A stretch of DNA of 59,430 nt, the filler included. It is 5 parts of 5 records of this genome, joined end to end, with 100 filler letters (N's around TTAATTAATTAA, not from the genome) between each part and the next. Parts side by side here need not be neighbours in the genome. Positions count along the whole stretch, not along the records: positions 1 to 24,996 come from DRR378314_1469; 4 more parts are not named here. One strand, given 5' to 3'. A program made the position numbers and the translations under genes. Shown one piece after another: positions 1 to 14,380 of this stretch. Below the pieces are notes generated by a model. The model did no database searches. It worked only from the letters and a program-made list of their open reading frames with translations, and was not told the DNA's origin. The first letter of the stretch is position 1; the number at the start of each line of letters is the position of its first letter.

Positions 1-1116
1 TTGACAACGCCCATGATCCAAATTTTACCCTCGTACATCCTACCGATTCCATGCTTCTATTGTATCAATAGGAGAGCGATGCAACGCCCGTGCACGCAGT
101 GGCACGTAGTGGGACATGTCGGCAACATTACCTTTGCCATCGTCGGCGCCGGCAATCACAGCGTTCGCTGTGGCGTCGAACGCCACCGTCCGCACAGCAG
201 CAGGAATCTTGACGCTGAATTCCCACATTTTTGATTTCTGAAGGAAAAACTCCAAGTATCCATCATTCGCGAGAAACACAAGATAGTCTCCCGTTGGATC
301 TACGAACATCGACTCCATTGATCGCAGCCGTTCCGCGGCGGCAACGGGAGCGCGGACGCGGGTCGCTTTTGCTGCGAGCAGATCGTAGGAATAGAAAAAC
401 GGACGCCGGCCCGCGGCAAACACTTCGTTGTGACAGCCAAAGTCTGCGCTTCTCACAGGCAAATCATCAAAGTAAACACTCTGTATCTTCTCGTTGTGTT
501 TCCCATCAATGTCGAAAAGACGCACGGTCTTATCGAGAGACGCAGTAAGCAGAAGAGACGAGTCGCGGTGGAAGCGAACAGCCTGCACGACAGCGGAGCA
601 CGGCTCAGCGTCGTTCGCGTCCCGCACCCGACTTATGTCGAGAAACCCTTCCCGCACAACGCGGTCTTTCGACGAAATAATGGACTCTGTAGACTGTAGC
701 AGATCATCTGCAGTTGCTCCAGCCGTTGTCACGCGAGAGGGTCCTGCAGTGGCCCAGCTTGCTGCTCCCGCGCGCTTGTCATGCACGGCGCGGACCCGCT
801 CTGTATACTCCGATCCGCGGAGAACTTTCTCGTCTTCCGTGCGACGCAGCTTTCGCAGTCGCGAAATATTGGATATATCTACCTCGATACTCGCATCGTC
901 AGGATCTTCCCATGCAGCAGCTCGCTCTGCAGCTGTTTCGCCGCCTATAGAAGGGTGCTCAGTTGCGCTAGCACTCGGCTCTTCGGCGCCGAACAGCGAC
1001 GAAGCAAGAGCGGACGCTTCGACCTGCTCGTCAGCAGAAAGCTTCGGCTTCTTTCGACGGACGGGCTCTCCCACTGCATCGTGCGTGCAACAAAGCGCGC
1101 CCACAATCTTGCGCAT
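1..1116 (-). CDS. UTP18: U3 snoRNA-associated protein 18 (WD40), partial; 3' part probably continues past the window start after an intron
   Basis: ORF 40-1323 carries AAWEDPDDASIEVDIS-RLRKLR-E-GSEYTERVR, then DISRVRDAN and WD40 repeats (LLLTASLDKTVRLFDIDGKHNEKIQSV, AGRRPFFYSYDL), typical of UTP18. First in-frame ATG is at 1116. Similarity fades near 130; the splice site is unresolved. Confidence 0.85.
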
Positions 1117-3462
1117 TTGAGCGAGAGGGAATCGACTCTCATCACATAACAGTGAAGAAGCGGCAGACCAAAACATAAACCCCCGGTAAACGTAGAAGCA
1201 CCAACTTGTGCGCAGGTCACCACACGTGGTACCAACCAAGCCGACACCTTCCCACCCGAAATCCGCGGAGAGTTCGTACATGGTCACTTCGCAGAAATCC
1301 CCCGACGAGCACTCGACTGCCAACTCACGCCACTACCGCATAGAAGTCAGTCAAAGCACGAGCGCACTAGCGTTTGCACATCATATCTAAGGTGAGAGGA
1401 AGGAAGAGTCAAAGAGAAGCACACGAGTTGGCACCGAATTGCAGCTGCAACGCGGTACCTTGCGCCACGAGCTCTGGCGTGCTTGAGGCGCGCCCTCGCG
1501 TAAAACTGTATCGCTTCAACCACACACCCACTGTTTCTCGACCCTACCTGCTGGACACATCATGGACTATTTTTTCATATGCATAGTAGAAATTGTCAAC
1601 GTTGCGAAGCGTCGTGCTCAGTTGCGGCCGTGTAGCAAGGCAGGCGGACCCTCGCGCGCCGAGAGCGTGCACTGCGGAGCTCCGTGCGCGCTGCACTTAC
1701 AGCGCACCCTTGCATACCAAGATGCACAAGACGCAAAGGCAGCCTCCATGCACCCACTACGTCTACGCCGCCACGGTTTCGTACGTGACCCAAGCCATGA
1801 AATTTTAGCGTATAGTGAGCAGGTAGCAGGTGATCTCCTCGCAGAGTTGGAGACGATCCGGCGACAGAAAGAGTGTGCCCACACGTGCGCACAAACGCAC
1901 ATCCGAGGGGTGCTCACGGGGCAAGCCTCTCGCGCGGAAATCTCTGCAGTTTGCATTGCAGTTGCAAAGAGCAGATTCTGTACCGCCCCACTCACCCCTG
2001 CGCGGTGGAGCCCATCGTACACTTGAAATAGAACTATGCAATTGGCAATAAACAATAAATTGCAACGCCGTAGAGGAACGGTGGTCCTGCACGCACGCGC
2101 CAGCGCGAAACGCGCCAGCGACTGACGGCAAAGGCTGCAAGCACAACGGAGAGCACACGAGGGGCGGTGCAGGCTTTCTCGTGCGCTGGACACGAGTCCG
2201 ACACGTGCTACAGCCGCGAGAGCTATGGCCAGCTTCAAGGCAGGCCGCTCGCGTCCACAGCCGAACTTGTATCCTTAAGCACCAGTGCTCTGGTGTTTCG
2301 TTGCACTACCAAGGAAAAGGCTGCGACCAAAAGCGATGTTTCAACTATGCAGGCAAGCGCGTGCAGCGGAGCGCGGCGGCGCGAGGGAACGTGGGCGCGC
2401 GCGTAGCGTCGTCAAGACCGCGAGCTACGGCAGTCGGAAAATTGAAAAGGTTGCGACGCAAGCATATCGGCAGAGATCTGACAGTACGTAAAATATATAT
2501 GTAAACAGAAGCAAAGATTTCAAAGAGGCGCTCCTGGTCCTCCGGACCCAAGCGCAAAGGCGCCCGCAAACCAGCAGCACGAAGGCTCGCGCCGAGCCAC
2601 ACCAACGGGGCGGCACGCACCGCGAGAGAAGAGCGGCCGCTCTGCCGTTGTTGCAGGTACGGCATCCACTTGCTTCTCTTCCGTGGAAGTCTTCTTGGAA
2701 GATCGTTTCACCATCTGTGCAGATATGTTGAAGAGGAATGGTACCTGCCGCCCCGCGCTCAGGAGAAACAGTAGCGCGCTCGGAAGAACCAAAGACGGCC
2801 AAGGCTGGAGAAACCGACGTTTCGCGGGCAGTGCAGCGCTCACACACACGGCGTGTGTGCAGCGCGCAGGAGACACGCGTGGTAGGGGTGTGAGTCCTAG
2901 GACACCGCACATGTGCCCGCAGGCAAGGCGAGGCAACGAACTCCCCAGGCGTTTGGAGGGTTGCACACGCACCTTGCGTGCACCTCTGAGTTTTGCACAG
3001 GAAAAGCGGTACCATTGCTTCATGGTGTACATAATCATTTTGTGATGAATGTAGGAAGACCCGTAGAATGCTTTGGAAAAGACGCGTCGAATATATGCGA
3101 GTCAGCGAGCCTGGCTTGCTCAGCAATTCGTGCGCGCACGCACTCGCGCAGCAGCGCTGACCTTGCAAACAAATATAAGGTGGACATGAACGTTCCACAG
3201 CCCGTACTAAGTAGGCGAAAATGAAGTGAGACAAGCATTAAGCACCAAAAGTATGTGCTATCACTTTATTGATTTCTTTTAATCCCGGATAAATGCGAGT
3301 CACGATGAACTTCGCACGGTCAAGCCTCAAGAAACTGCAGCGAACCTTGGCGGCCTGCCGTACCAAAGGAATAGCAAACACCGACTGCGAGCGAAAGTCA
3401 TTACTACAACCTGGCATTGCCAAATGCGATCCAGAACTGCAGATGCCGGGCGCGGAACGACG

Positions 3463-5813
3463 CTAAAACGTGGGAGGCAGAGGGAACACTAGCTCATCCG
3501 CGCTGCACAGGCCTTCTTCGCCCGCAGTTCGAGGGGGTTCAGGTTGCGCCGACTCCGAACAAGATTTAAGCTGTTTCGTTTCCTTCGAGACGCAAAGATA
3601 GACCGACGACAAAAGTTGCTGTCCATCATCTGTGAGCGTGCAGAGCAACTGAGTAATCAAGGCATACAGGGACGGTAGCGCAGCGTTAGCGGCAGTAAGC
3701 GCGCGTACTGGAATCGTGCCAAGCGTACAGCGAGCGCGGCACCCATCGACCACAAAGGCGCATATCGCCAAAATGAAAAGGGCGGATTCAGCGCATTCCG
3801 CCACGAATACGTGCTCACGCATGGAAAGTGAAAGATAGTTGCAAGCATAATGAAGGGCCTCGGATAATGAAAATTCGGCAGCGCACGGCTGAGTACAGTG
3901 GGTGTTCCCGAGATTGCCCCAACGTACCTCGTAACCTGGAAACGCTGAAGAGAGCGCATGGCGGACCAAGTCTGTCCGATAGCTCCGCGTTTTCGAAGGA
4001 ACAATTGCATAACTCTTCAGCACTACTCCGGAGAAAAAGAAAGCACGGATGGCCAGACGGATGGGATATACAGGACAGTACGAAATTTCTATCAGGCGTG
4101 GACAAACGTTGTGCCCGCACAGCATCTATCACTCCACCCCAACGCCGGAACTGGAACAGCAACACAGCACGGACAGCGCACAACAACGGTTGCGCGTCCT
4201 ACACGTTCTACTCGCCTGCAAGCAGCGTTCGAATCTTTTCATTGTCTGCCTATGCTCTCCTCGTTGGAAACGCTCACTGTCAGTCGAAATAATTATGCAG
4301 ACGAACCTTGGGCAATATCAATGCGCTGGCGAAGGCCAAGCACAAAGGAAATGTACTCGTGCTCGGTCGCGAACACATCTTCGGAACACGTTCCTGCACA
4401 GCGCGCATGTATTTTTCTTCGATCACTTCGTCAGAGCAACGCTAAAATGTCTCAATACTTAGGAGCATGCTACCAAAAAAAAGCAATACCGGAATGCGCG
4501 AGAAAATACTGCAAACCAGTCAAGGAGCGGACTCGTGTACAGGAAACTCCGTTCCACAAATATGTATGCCAAGTAGCGAACTTGAGCAGACGTCTTGTTC
4601 GCTGTGTGAGAACGCAGCGTGGCTTACCGTGCTTTGTATACTCGTGCGACCAAAATTCCGTGTAATTCGTGTGGTACATTGACGGCCAGAAGCGATCCAT
4701 GAGCGCAAGTTCGTCTGCGATTGGTACACAAAGGGAGATGTATAAGAAACGACACCCGCGCGCTGAAGCGGTTCAGATACAGACTTCGCCTCGAACCGCC
4801 CGAACACAGAAACACGACCGGTTCATCGGGCGAACACTGCAACTACCCCGTTTGCAGCCAACTAGGCATTCAATGTCGCCCGTACTACACCTCAATAGTA
4901 CATGATATCAAAACATCATCGTACAAATACATTTTCAATTGCCTCCTTGCGACGGCGCTTCGTCCAGGACGGAGCGAGAACGTGCTCCGCGAGCACGCAA
5001 CAGGACGCGAGGCGCGCGCGCGAACCAGTCTCTCCGTGCAAGCGAACCTTGCACTTTCTCCATGCTAAACGTCTCATTTCTGCAGAAAGAAGGCCATGTT
5101 CCATCGTCTCGCTGCGGCCACAGGCCGTCTGCACAGGCACGTACACAAGAAACCAACCGGAAGATCGCACCAACCACCGCTCAGATGCAACACAGCACGC
5201 AAACGACAGCGCGAAACAGACGTGCTGCGCAGAACGCGCGCCATTCAGCAGCAGTGAAAGAGCACTGCACAGATATTGAAACGCAGTTCAGGAGGGGAAA
5301 CAAGTAAGAAGTGCAGCGTGGTGTATAGGAAACACGCGACATGTTGATGCTGTTAAACGTACGGATGAGGAAGCCAGAGGCAACTGGCGCGCTGCACGCG
5401 GGGCATAGCAGGACGAGAGGCAACAGCGCGACAGCAGCGCGTCAGTGGACAACGTGCAACTCGAGGCAACAAACGACTCGCAGTAGCCTACCAGAGTACC
5501 CGTTTGTCGCATACTCCATATCGCATAGTACTGTTTTCTAATTACATTGATTAAGCCAAAGACTTCAGGCTTCGGGGTGCTAGATCAAAGGGGCGCTCAG
5601 CGCTGAACGCCACACGCTCAGGGCCCGTCGTCGAGGCGGCGAACGCGCGTGCGACGAAACGTACTGCGGCTTCACGCACGCGTTGTCTGCGCACATTGCG
5701 CCCGGCCAGCCTTGCGTGAAGTAAAAGAAGTCATAGTCCGCACTGGCGCTGTTCCATGCGGACACTGAGTAGACAAGGGCAACCGCTACAGCAAACACAT
5801 GCACAGCTCTCAT
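3463..5813 (-). CDS. Secreted ribonuclease T2, 7 exons (5813-5665, 5391-5363, 5128-5048, 4714-4628, 4393-4307, 4022-3928, 3648-3463), ~237 aa
   Basis: The GT-AG model is phase-consistent. It gives a signal peptide (MRAVHVFAVAVALVYSVSA), YDFFYFTQGWPGAMC, CAS I FLIHGLWP, CAS II FWSHEYTKHGTC and a C-terminal LLC...VYLCV...CSADELVFP. Confidence 0.93.
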
Positions 5814-6271
5814 GGCGCGTGACAAGACTCTCGTCCACGGCAAGGCCAGGAGAGCGAGCACCGCTGGTAGCCGGAACGGGGAACGCGGCGGCTCGTGCGT
5901 TCTCTGCAACCCTGGCTCCGCAACCGGAGCTTTCCGAGCTGAGCGCCAGCACAGGACGAACAACTCAGCCCGCTGAGGGCCCCGAAGACGGCAAGGAAAA
6001 GGAAGAAAGTAAACGCAAAAGCTTAAACACGATCATAAGACTTCCACTACCCTGTGATTGCGCGCCCTACATTCATGTGAAATGAAATTCCCTTTTTTTT
6101 TATTATTCATTGTGGTGCAAACTGGCGCGAGCGGACTCGCCTTCGCACTGAAATATCCGCGCACGCGACTCGGCGCAGACCGATCGCTCCTGCTGCCGCC
6201 GCGCAGCCTGCAACTCTCAGAGGCAGCTCGATGCGCTCCAACCTCTTTTTGCACCAGGGAGGTCGTTTGAA

Positions 6272-9200
6272 TCATGTCCAGGCTACTTCTTCTTCGCCAT
6301 AGATCCCTCGGTGGCGAATCAGATGCTCCTGGAGGCGCAAGAGAGCGTTGGCACGCTCCTCCGCCCATTGAGATGCGCGCGCAGACATCACTGAATCCAA
6401 TCCCGCTGCGCTGCACAGCAACATTGCGCCCGCACACCACAGACCTGTCTCGCACAAACACAGCTGCAAGCTTTTGTATCACTACTTCATAGGGATCTCG
6501 ATGGTTGCAGGCTTGCGTGTGCGTACCTGAGCTGCGAAATCGCCGCCGTCTGGCTCGCACGGACTGTCCCCCTCGATCGCCTCGACCCATTCTCTGTTGT
6601 ACGTTTCGAATTTCCTGGGAATCAAGGGCGCCCGTGCACGGAAAAGGCGCTCCGATCATTCGTTCGTCGCAGAACCAATGCAGCAATCGCAGTCCCGCTT
6701 CCCTGTCTACCAAGTTTTGTGGGATATAGGTGCAAACGAACGGCGATTCGCGCCCTTCCTAACCGTTCCAGGGGGAGCAGTGGTGTGCATTGCAGAACGC
6801 TTGCTGTACCTCTGCTGAATTTGCGCTCTCGTTTCTATGGAGCACTTCTCCATGATAAAGTCCAGGGCAGCATCACTCATTTGGCGAACTTCCTTGTTCG
6901 GATCTAAGAGTAGCGCGCATAGTATTTCCTCCATATTTCCGTGTTCAAGAACGACCTTGACGTAAAGAAAGTGAAAAATCCGAACGAGAGATGGCGACAG
7001 ATCTTAGCGGACAATGGACAACTTATGCCTACCATTGTCCGAAGAAATGGAGCTCTCAAATGCCGACAACTGAGGATGCTCTTCACCAGGATATCAGCAT
7101 GTGGGCTTCATTTCATACAATTTCGAATAGTCGTTGCGAACAAAGAGCTTCATGAGGGAGGAAGAGAAGAGAGGGGATGGCGTCTTCGCATTGGTAGCTC
7201 GCAGAGTGATCTTCTGCCGTACCGCCGCTCGCCATCGATGGTGATTGTGCCATGAAGCACATGCAAATGCGACGTACCGAACGCGTTTCCTCTAAAACTA
7301 GGAGTCGATAAAATGTATACACGGCCTGCAAAAGGATCTCATCATCATCTTGTTTGTCCTACATGACAGAGTAAAGGGTGTAAAACCAGGACATCTGCCT
7401 GAGCACAGCACGTGCGCGTCTGCGACGTGTTTCTGCAGATCAAGAAGAGCCGCGAAGGATCGCAAGCGTGAACACTGCCGATCCGCAACGGCACAGCGCA
7501 CCTGTAGCACAGCATACATCGCGGGAATGATTGCAGAGTTGATAAAAAGCGCTCCACAATCGGTATCATCGCAGCAATTTCCAATGAACATGACGACCTC
7601 GAGAACTGGCAGTCAGGCGCGCGCCGACGACGGAAGGGAAACAGCATCTCGTGAAGCGCAGTTCTGCGAAAGAAAGTATTCCTCCGTCATTTTCCCATGA
7701 TGATAGGGATACGGGGATAATCTCCCCCTCTTTTTCATCAAATCACAGCACAACCGATATTCTGAAGGCTTTCTTTTGTACAGCGCAAGTACAAATTGCA
7801 AACGTCTCTCTGGAAGAACTGTTCTTCCATGTGCGCACGTGTTTCCTGTCTATCGTGTGGTTGAGGGCACTTCGTACCGATATCGTCATCAGCAGCGCCC
7901 GGGGCCAGCAATTTCTCGAAGAACGCAACAAGGTCAAAATGTACAAGGAGCCGACTGGATCCCAAAGAGGCACAGAATTGGATAGTTGGATTAGGTTTGG
8001 AGGACCGCACCGCTGCACTTTGACTTTGTGTGATCTTCGTTGGGCTTTCCGCGACACTGCTGCGGCATAAGTGCGCACATCCGCCATGTACCGGCATGTG
8101 ACGGCGATCCTGTGCGCTAAAATAGTCAAAAGGAAAGGCGGAACCTGGGTGGGGGATTTGCTGTTCTTTCATCTTTACTATATCGGAGGTCGTTCACCTT
8201 CAATGACCAATAAAGCTCTCCCACCGCCCCTTTCCCGTCGCCTCTGCTCATGGTAGTCGAGGTTAGCAGGAACAGAGTGCCACCACAAGGGCGATTTCCG
8301 TACCTAAATGGCAGATCTGGAATATTGATCGAGGAGAGAATGCCGAGAATCTCGACGAGGAGATCTGACGCCGTAGTTTCTTTGGCCACTTCAACCAAGC
8401 GAGGCACGTGGTCCTGGGGCGCGCAGACGAGATAGTAGCCGTATGTGTGCGGATATTCGCGTCGTAGCAATCACCGAAGAGGCGCAGCAGACGTGAGATC
8501 AGATACAATCGCGGGCAGCGCGACTGGGCTTTGCGTCTACCGCATTTCCCTTGAAACGCGTCGTATACGACTCCAAATTTCCATTCTTTGCGCATTTCCT
8601 TGTACAATATATTCAACAGGTATCGCAGCAAATGAAGAAATGCGTATGTGCGCACGCGTACGATAAATAGCTCCTTGAGCTTGTCGTGCTGCGCGCAGTT
8701 GCGGACAATTTTCATCACGACGGGGTCGCGCGCCTCAAGCGCGTGTTCCACGAGTTTTTCCAAGCCGCCCTGTATATCGATAAACGTAGTCAAAAAGCAG
8801 AAAGAATATCGACATTCAGCAACAATGGAGACGCTCGTTTTTCATACCGACTTGCCATATTTTTGTTGGAAATGATCATCCACATGGCAGGAATGGCCAT
8901 GTAGATACTGAACCCTGTTGCGAACTGGAACTCAGGGAAGATGCACGGTACCAGCGAGGGTTCGGAATCTTGATGTCGCGATGGAAAGAGAGGGCACAGA
9001 CTGTCACGAAAGACGTATCAGGAGCCCATATTGCAGCCGCACAAGGTTCGTTCAATCGTGGTATTTGCTGAAGAGTCTTGCGTACATTTTGTGCCATGAT
9101 CTCTGCCGTTCGCGAACTGTTGGCGAGGTTCACCGCCAGCGCCCGGAACTCTCGGTCCGTCTGTCCATCGGGGTGCAACACGGCATTCATAATCTACGAA

Positions 9201-12200
9201 CAAGATTCGTTTTGACCCACATATGTCATGTAAGCGTGCAGTAAGCAACGTGTGGGTAAGACCTGGGAATCCACCACGAAAATGCGAACGCAGCGGTCTT
9301 CTCCTGCACCTCACTTGTGGTCCCACATGTTCACACACGGCGGTTTCCCTCTGAAACCCCCAGTCGCGCGTTCCTATCATGTTACAATATTGCTGCCCTC
9401 AATTCCTTGCGTGCGATTCTTACCGTAAGGTGAATAGGCGCGCATATGCAATGTTGCGTACCAGGCGGTAATGGACGGTGAATGCGACAGAGTACGCACC
9501 TTGGGCACGGCGTCCGTGTACGACATCATGGACCGAGCTTGCTCTTCCATGGAAAGGTGGTACAAGAGCAACACGGCGTACATCCTCGCAGAAGGAACAT
9601 CAAGGAGATCAACTGCACTTGGAATACTCCCACTCTGAATCTACGAATGAAACATCCAAGAACACGCATCCGCATCCACAGCTTCTTTCAGGACAAGGGA
9701 AGCCGTGTGGTCACACGATGGCCACGTATGCAGTTTTCGCGCACCGCACTCATTTAGCGGAGACAGGATCATCATATGCATTGCCGCAGACAGAATCGCA
9801 AGGCGCATACTTCTCCAGGCGTACCGAAGATGTATGTAGTCTCTATACAAGAAAATCAACGCACCATTTGCGTGCGCCCGTCAGCATCAAAACTGAGATT
9901 GATAAGCAGCCGAAGCGTCACGGACACTAAATCCAAGTCCTCGGATGCAATGCATTGTGCGAGCGTTTGTATGATCCCTGACGACAAAAGTTCCCCCTTA
10001 TTCTCTGCAAAAATGCTGATGACACGTCAAGGTGAATGAAAATAGGGCAGTTCCGGGTCAAAGAGAGAGAGAGAGAGAGAGAGACGCATAAGGAAATGAT
10101 TGAGAAAGCACTGTCCCCGCAATGTGCCTAGCGCGGGGCAACTTGCTCCTTCCCCGCCTCTCAGACCTCCCCGCACAGAAGCGCACAGCAAGCAATCAGC
10201 AGCGGGAGTACACGTCGATTTGCATCATGAATCGTCGATCATAGGGATTATCCATGATAATACCGAAACTTAAGCGAATTTGGAAGGGCTATCTTTCTAT
10301 TGTCGGATGACCTTTGCGCGGGTGCTGACCGGAGCGGCAAGAGCACGACACGACTTTCTTGGCCACGCGCAACATCTTCTTCGCACCGACTCACCTTAGT
10401 TTCTTCAGAAATATTGCTAATAAAACACGCAAGTCTTCATTTTCGCGCTGAAAGAGTACGATAAGGCGTTTAATTAGACCTCGTTTGCACAGCATCGCTT
10501 CAACGGCGACATCTTCGCACAAGTTCAGCAGCACGTTGAAGACTACGTAGAGCAGCTGTTCCTGCACCGCCCGCTGCGCCTCAATTCGCTGTCGCGTGTC
10601 ATCGAGATCGCTTTTTCCCGTTGAACGCTTCTGTTTATCCAAAGGACACAAGGGACACAATAGCGAATGTATAAATTACGATTTTGTGAATAACATGACT
10701 CAATGGAAGTCAGTACGGTGCAAATCTCGGGGCCGGTGGTATCGGCGGAGAATGTGGTCGCAGCGCAGTTGTGCGGCACCTTCGTCACGCACGGTGGACG
10801 TGACGTGCAACGCACCGAACCCTTCACCGTTCAACACACAATAGTGCTTTCAAGCGGACATAGGAGAATTATTACCAGAAATTGAGCATGTTCGTGTTGC
10901 TCTTGATGTGCACAGCGTACCGAAGACTTTCTACTCGTGAGCGCGCGCTGACGCATTTCTTCCTGCCACACCGTGTCACGCTTCTGCTCAACGGCCAATA
11001 TCTTGAGCAGCGTCTCCGGCAGCTGCGTAGGTAGGTTGGACCCAAGAGCAAAACCGCAGGTATGAGACATCAAAAATTGTAGAAGCAGAATTTTTGTATC
11101 AGCTTACGTATTTGTATGAGGAATCGCAGGAGTATAGGTGCGTCGTCCAGGTATTCGCGACATTCGTGCTTGAATGCACGCACAAGTGCCACAACACGGC
11201 CAGATTGACCTTGTGCGCGGCGATGTGCAACCTTGCGTACATCCAAGACGCCAAATGCTCAGGAGGCAGATGGCAAGCATTCCTCGAATGCCGTACCTGT
11301 TTTGCAATCATTATGTCATGAAACCGTGAGTATAAACTCAACGAGAAAAAGATGTATACGATGTGAATCGTGAGGTCCGTTGACTTCTTGCTTTCTTCCT
11401 GCGCAAAGCGCAACAGCATAAGAAGATAAAACTCGTCACACTTAGCATGTACGAAAATACGCCTTGGGAGTACTCATCGTTGCGATGCGCGGTTGCCGTC
11501 GCCATGTCGCATATTACATATGACGCGCTGTTGCAGCCCTTGATCATGATTCCATACATATTGATGTGCACTTTGCTGATACGCCCGCACGGGAGACAAA
11601 CGGGAAAGGAATTGGTATGTCGTCCATCGCCGGCACCGACGCACGTACCCGCAGTATCCTGCACAACAGGCTAACAAGGCCCTCATTTTGCACAAGATCG
11701 GGAAGTCTGCCTGCTCAAAATACAAAAGGAATACGGCAGCGTACCCTGTTAAACCGGAAAAATGAACCGTGGCAATTGCTTTCACGTGTCCTGTCATACC
11801 GCACCCTGGGTGCGCCGCCCCATAGACAATGGAACGAGATATTGGTTGGTCCTGGCATAATACCCCCAGCCATAGAGTGCGTACAAAAATGCACGCGCGC
11901 TCGATGCAAGTAAGAACATTTCTGATCTCATTGGCGGTGCTGTAGACCATGGAGCCTTCGTTGCGATTACAAATACCGCCGAAACCAATCTTACTTGGAT
12001 CGCGTGAGAGTCGCAGCATCTGTGCCGCTGCCTGCACTTGTTCTTGTACATCTTCTTCGTACAGCCGCTCCATAAGCGCATCGAAAGAATCAGTTTTTTC
12101 CTCAGTGCTACCGCCCTAGTTTAGCAGAATAAAGATACAGAAGAGCAGCCATGCAGTTACTCCGTAAAACTTGGAATACAAAAATATTGAACGAACAAAA

Positions 12201-14097
12201 AGTGTTTCCGTAGCAAAGTCTCCGCATTCGTTCCCTCGAGCTACGTAAGAGAACCAACAACTACTTTCAACAGCGCTGCTTCAAGGAAACCCCCTGATGG
12301 GAACCGAGGAATAAAGTTCACTATCATTTCATACATTGTATGAAGATACGGTCTCGTACCGATAATGAGCTTCCTTCATAGGAATGTATTCCGCGCGCAG
12401 CAAGATTGCGCAGGGGATGTCCGTCCGAGGCGGCGTCCGCCGTAAGAGTCCTGGTGCAGCCCACGAGGAAACACATCGGAAAGCGCCACAAATGGCATCT
12501 AAATCCCGATCACCTTGCCTACCCACATCGACCTTATGCAGAGATAAAATTTTCATCATTTGTATTCCAACTGCCAAGAAGTGCCAAAAAGAAATGCGCT
12601 ATAAAATGCAAGGTAGCATACTTTCCCCGCGCTGCACCGACGCGGGAAACGCCATTTCGGCCGGGTTAAGAGAGCATGGGCAGCCCCTACATTGCCGACT
12701 GTTCTGCTTTGCCCCCCCCTCCAGCGTATTTTCCAGCCGACGTACCTTGCTTTTAAGCCAGCCAATATATCCTGTACATCTTGAAGCCTATTTTTCGAGA
12801 GAATCTTGCACTTGGCAACGATCTCATCCGCAAGGCGCGCTATATCACTATTCGCTGTGAGTGGCTTGACCCGGATCCTAACGCGCATAGGGCGTGGCCA
12901 ACATATGAGAATCACGCAATTCCGTAGAAGAATACAATCAAGAACCAAGTACTTCGTTCCTGAGCAAAGCACTTTATCAGGTAATATTCGCGCATAGTTT
13001 TCCATGGAGTGTGCAGATGCCTATTGTAGGAACCCCTCATCCATGGCGCTACGTCAAATTACAAGCAATCGCCCGGGACAGAGAGTGTGTGCTTTTCTCA
13101 AGCTCCTGCTGCGGATTTGGCCCAGGCGCAAGCTTCTACTCTGACATTTTTTCGCCGTCTGTCATTTCCCTGGTCCCCGACCCCGTACTTTTTCACATTT
13201 TGTCGTTTTTCAATCATCATCGGTTCACCATACTCTCCAAGAACGCTCGCTTCAATCTCATAGTGCACCAGCAGCGCGCTCTCTGTCGGGTCCGCTGTCA
13301 CCTCCTTTGTGCGAACCTGCACAGAAGGGAATGCCAAGGGAAATGCGTTAGCCGCGCCTGCCTCTCGGTTCCTCGCTCTCTCCCTCACGAACGGGTATGG
13401 ACAAACGTGGTGTTGGCTTGCAAAGGCTCCCTTTTGACCCAAATTTTAGGTATCTATGCCAAACGTACACTAATGCAAGGCCACTGCGACACCCTTGGCC
13501 CGGAAACGCGAAGCTATTGTCTGAAGAGTGTGGCGCGGGCGTTCGCGTCATTCCTATGCAGACTGAAACTTCGGTCCTTGGCACAAGACGATGGCTTCTA
13601 AGGATAGGCAACGTATACCACAACTCCTGATAAGATCCACTACTTGGTGCTATGGATGGCAATACGAATGCCAACAAGGTGCTACAGAATCTCCAAACTT
13701 CTAAAGAAGAAAACACACAGAGGACAAAGTATGCGCTTCCTGGAATGCAGACACAGCCCAGCGATGCGAAGCGGCAGGCTCAGGGCAAAGACGAGCAAAG
13801 CAGCGTGCGCCTCCGTGCCGGCATACTGTTGGGTCCCACAGACTGCCAGGCAAACAATCGCGCGTCCGTTTCCATTGTTTTTATATCTTCCCAATGCACG
13901 AAAATGGCTATGCCGGCCACGCCAATTCCACAACACGTGTACCAAACAGTCCTCGCCAAGCTATCGCTGCTTTCCCGCGCTTGGAGACGAACTTGCGCGA
14001 ATCAAGGAGGGCAATGAACTCTCGGGGCTCTGGGCAACACATTTTGAAGACACACCCTCTTCTTCATGAATCTCGCCCCATCGTCTCGATTGTTCAT
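6272..14097 (-). CDS. KIFAP3: Kinesin-associated protein 3 (non-motor subunit of kinesin-2, IFT), about 19 exons
   Basis: Collinear exon peptides match KAP3: MNNRDDGARFMKKR|VRTKEVTADPTESALLVHYEIEASVLGEYGEPM, IRVKPLTANSDIARLADEIVAKCKIL, MERLYEED, EESKKSTDLTIHIVYIFFSLS, QEQLLYVVFNVLLNLCED, SIFAENK...LRLLINLSFD, DPVVMKIVRNCAQHD, LLLDPNKEVRQMSDAALDFI, KFETYNREWVEAIE. The last exon (ending 6272) is less certain. Confidence 0.93.
10063..10084 (+). repeat. (GA)11 microsatellite inside a KAP3 intron
   Basis: Perfect GA dinucleotide run, read directly from the sequence. Confidence 0.9.
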
Positions 14098-14380
14098 ATT
14101 TTCGCAATTTATTCGCTTAAATTAACCTCAAACACACACCACATCAAGCTGGCAGAGAATAAGTGTGAAGTTCCCCGCAAACTTTCGGGGCGCAGTGGTT
14201 CAGAGCGCGCACCAAAGGGAAATTTGTAAATCCGGTCCATTGAAAACCTAAAATTCAGTTATTTTCGTGAGTAACCATGGCATCGCACCACTTTTGGCTG
14301 CCATGGCCGTGCACGCAGCGCACTGCTGTTGCTTGTGCCGAAGACATACTACCCCTCGCGCGTTCCAAATTGCTTGCAAT

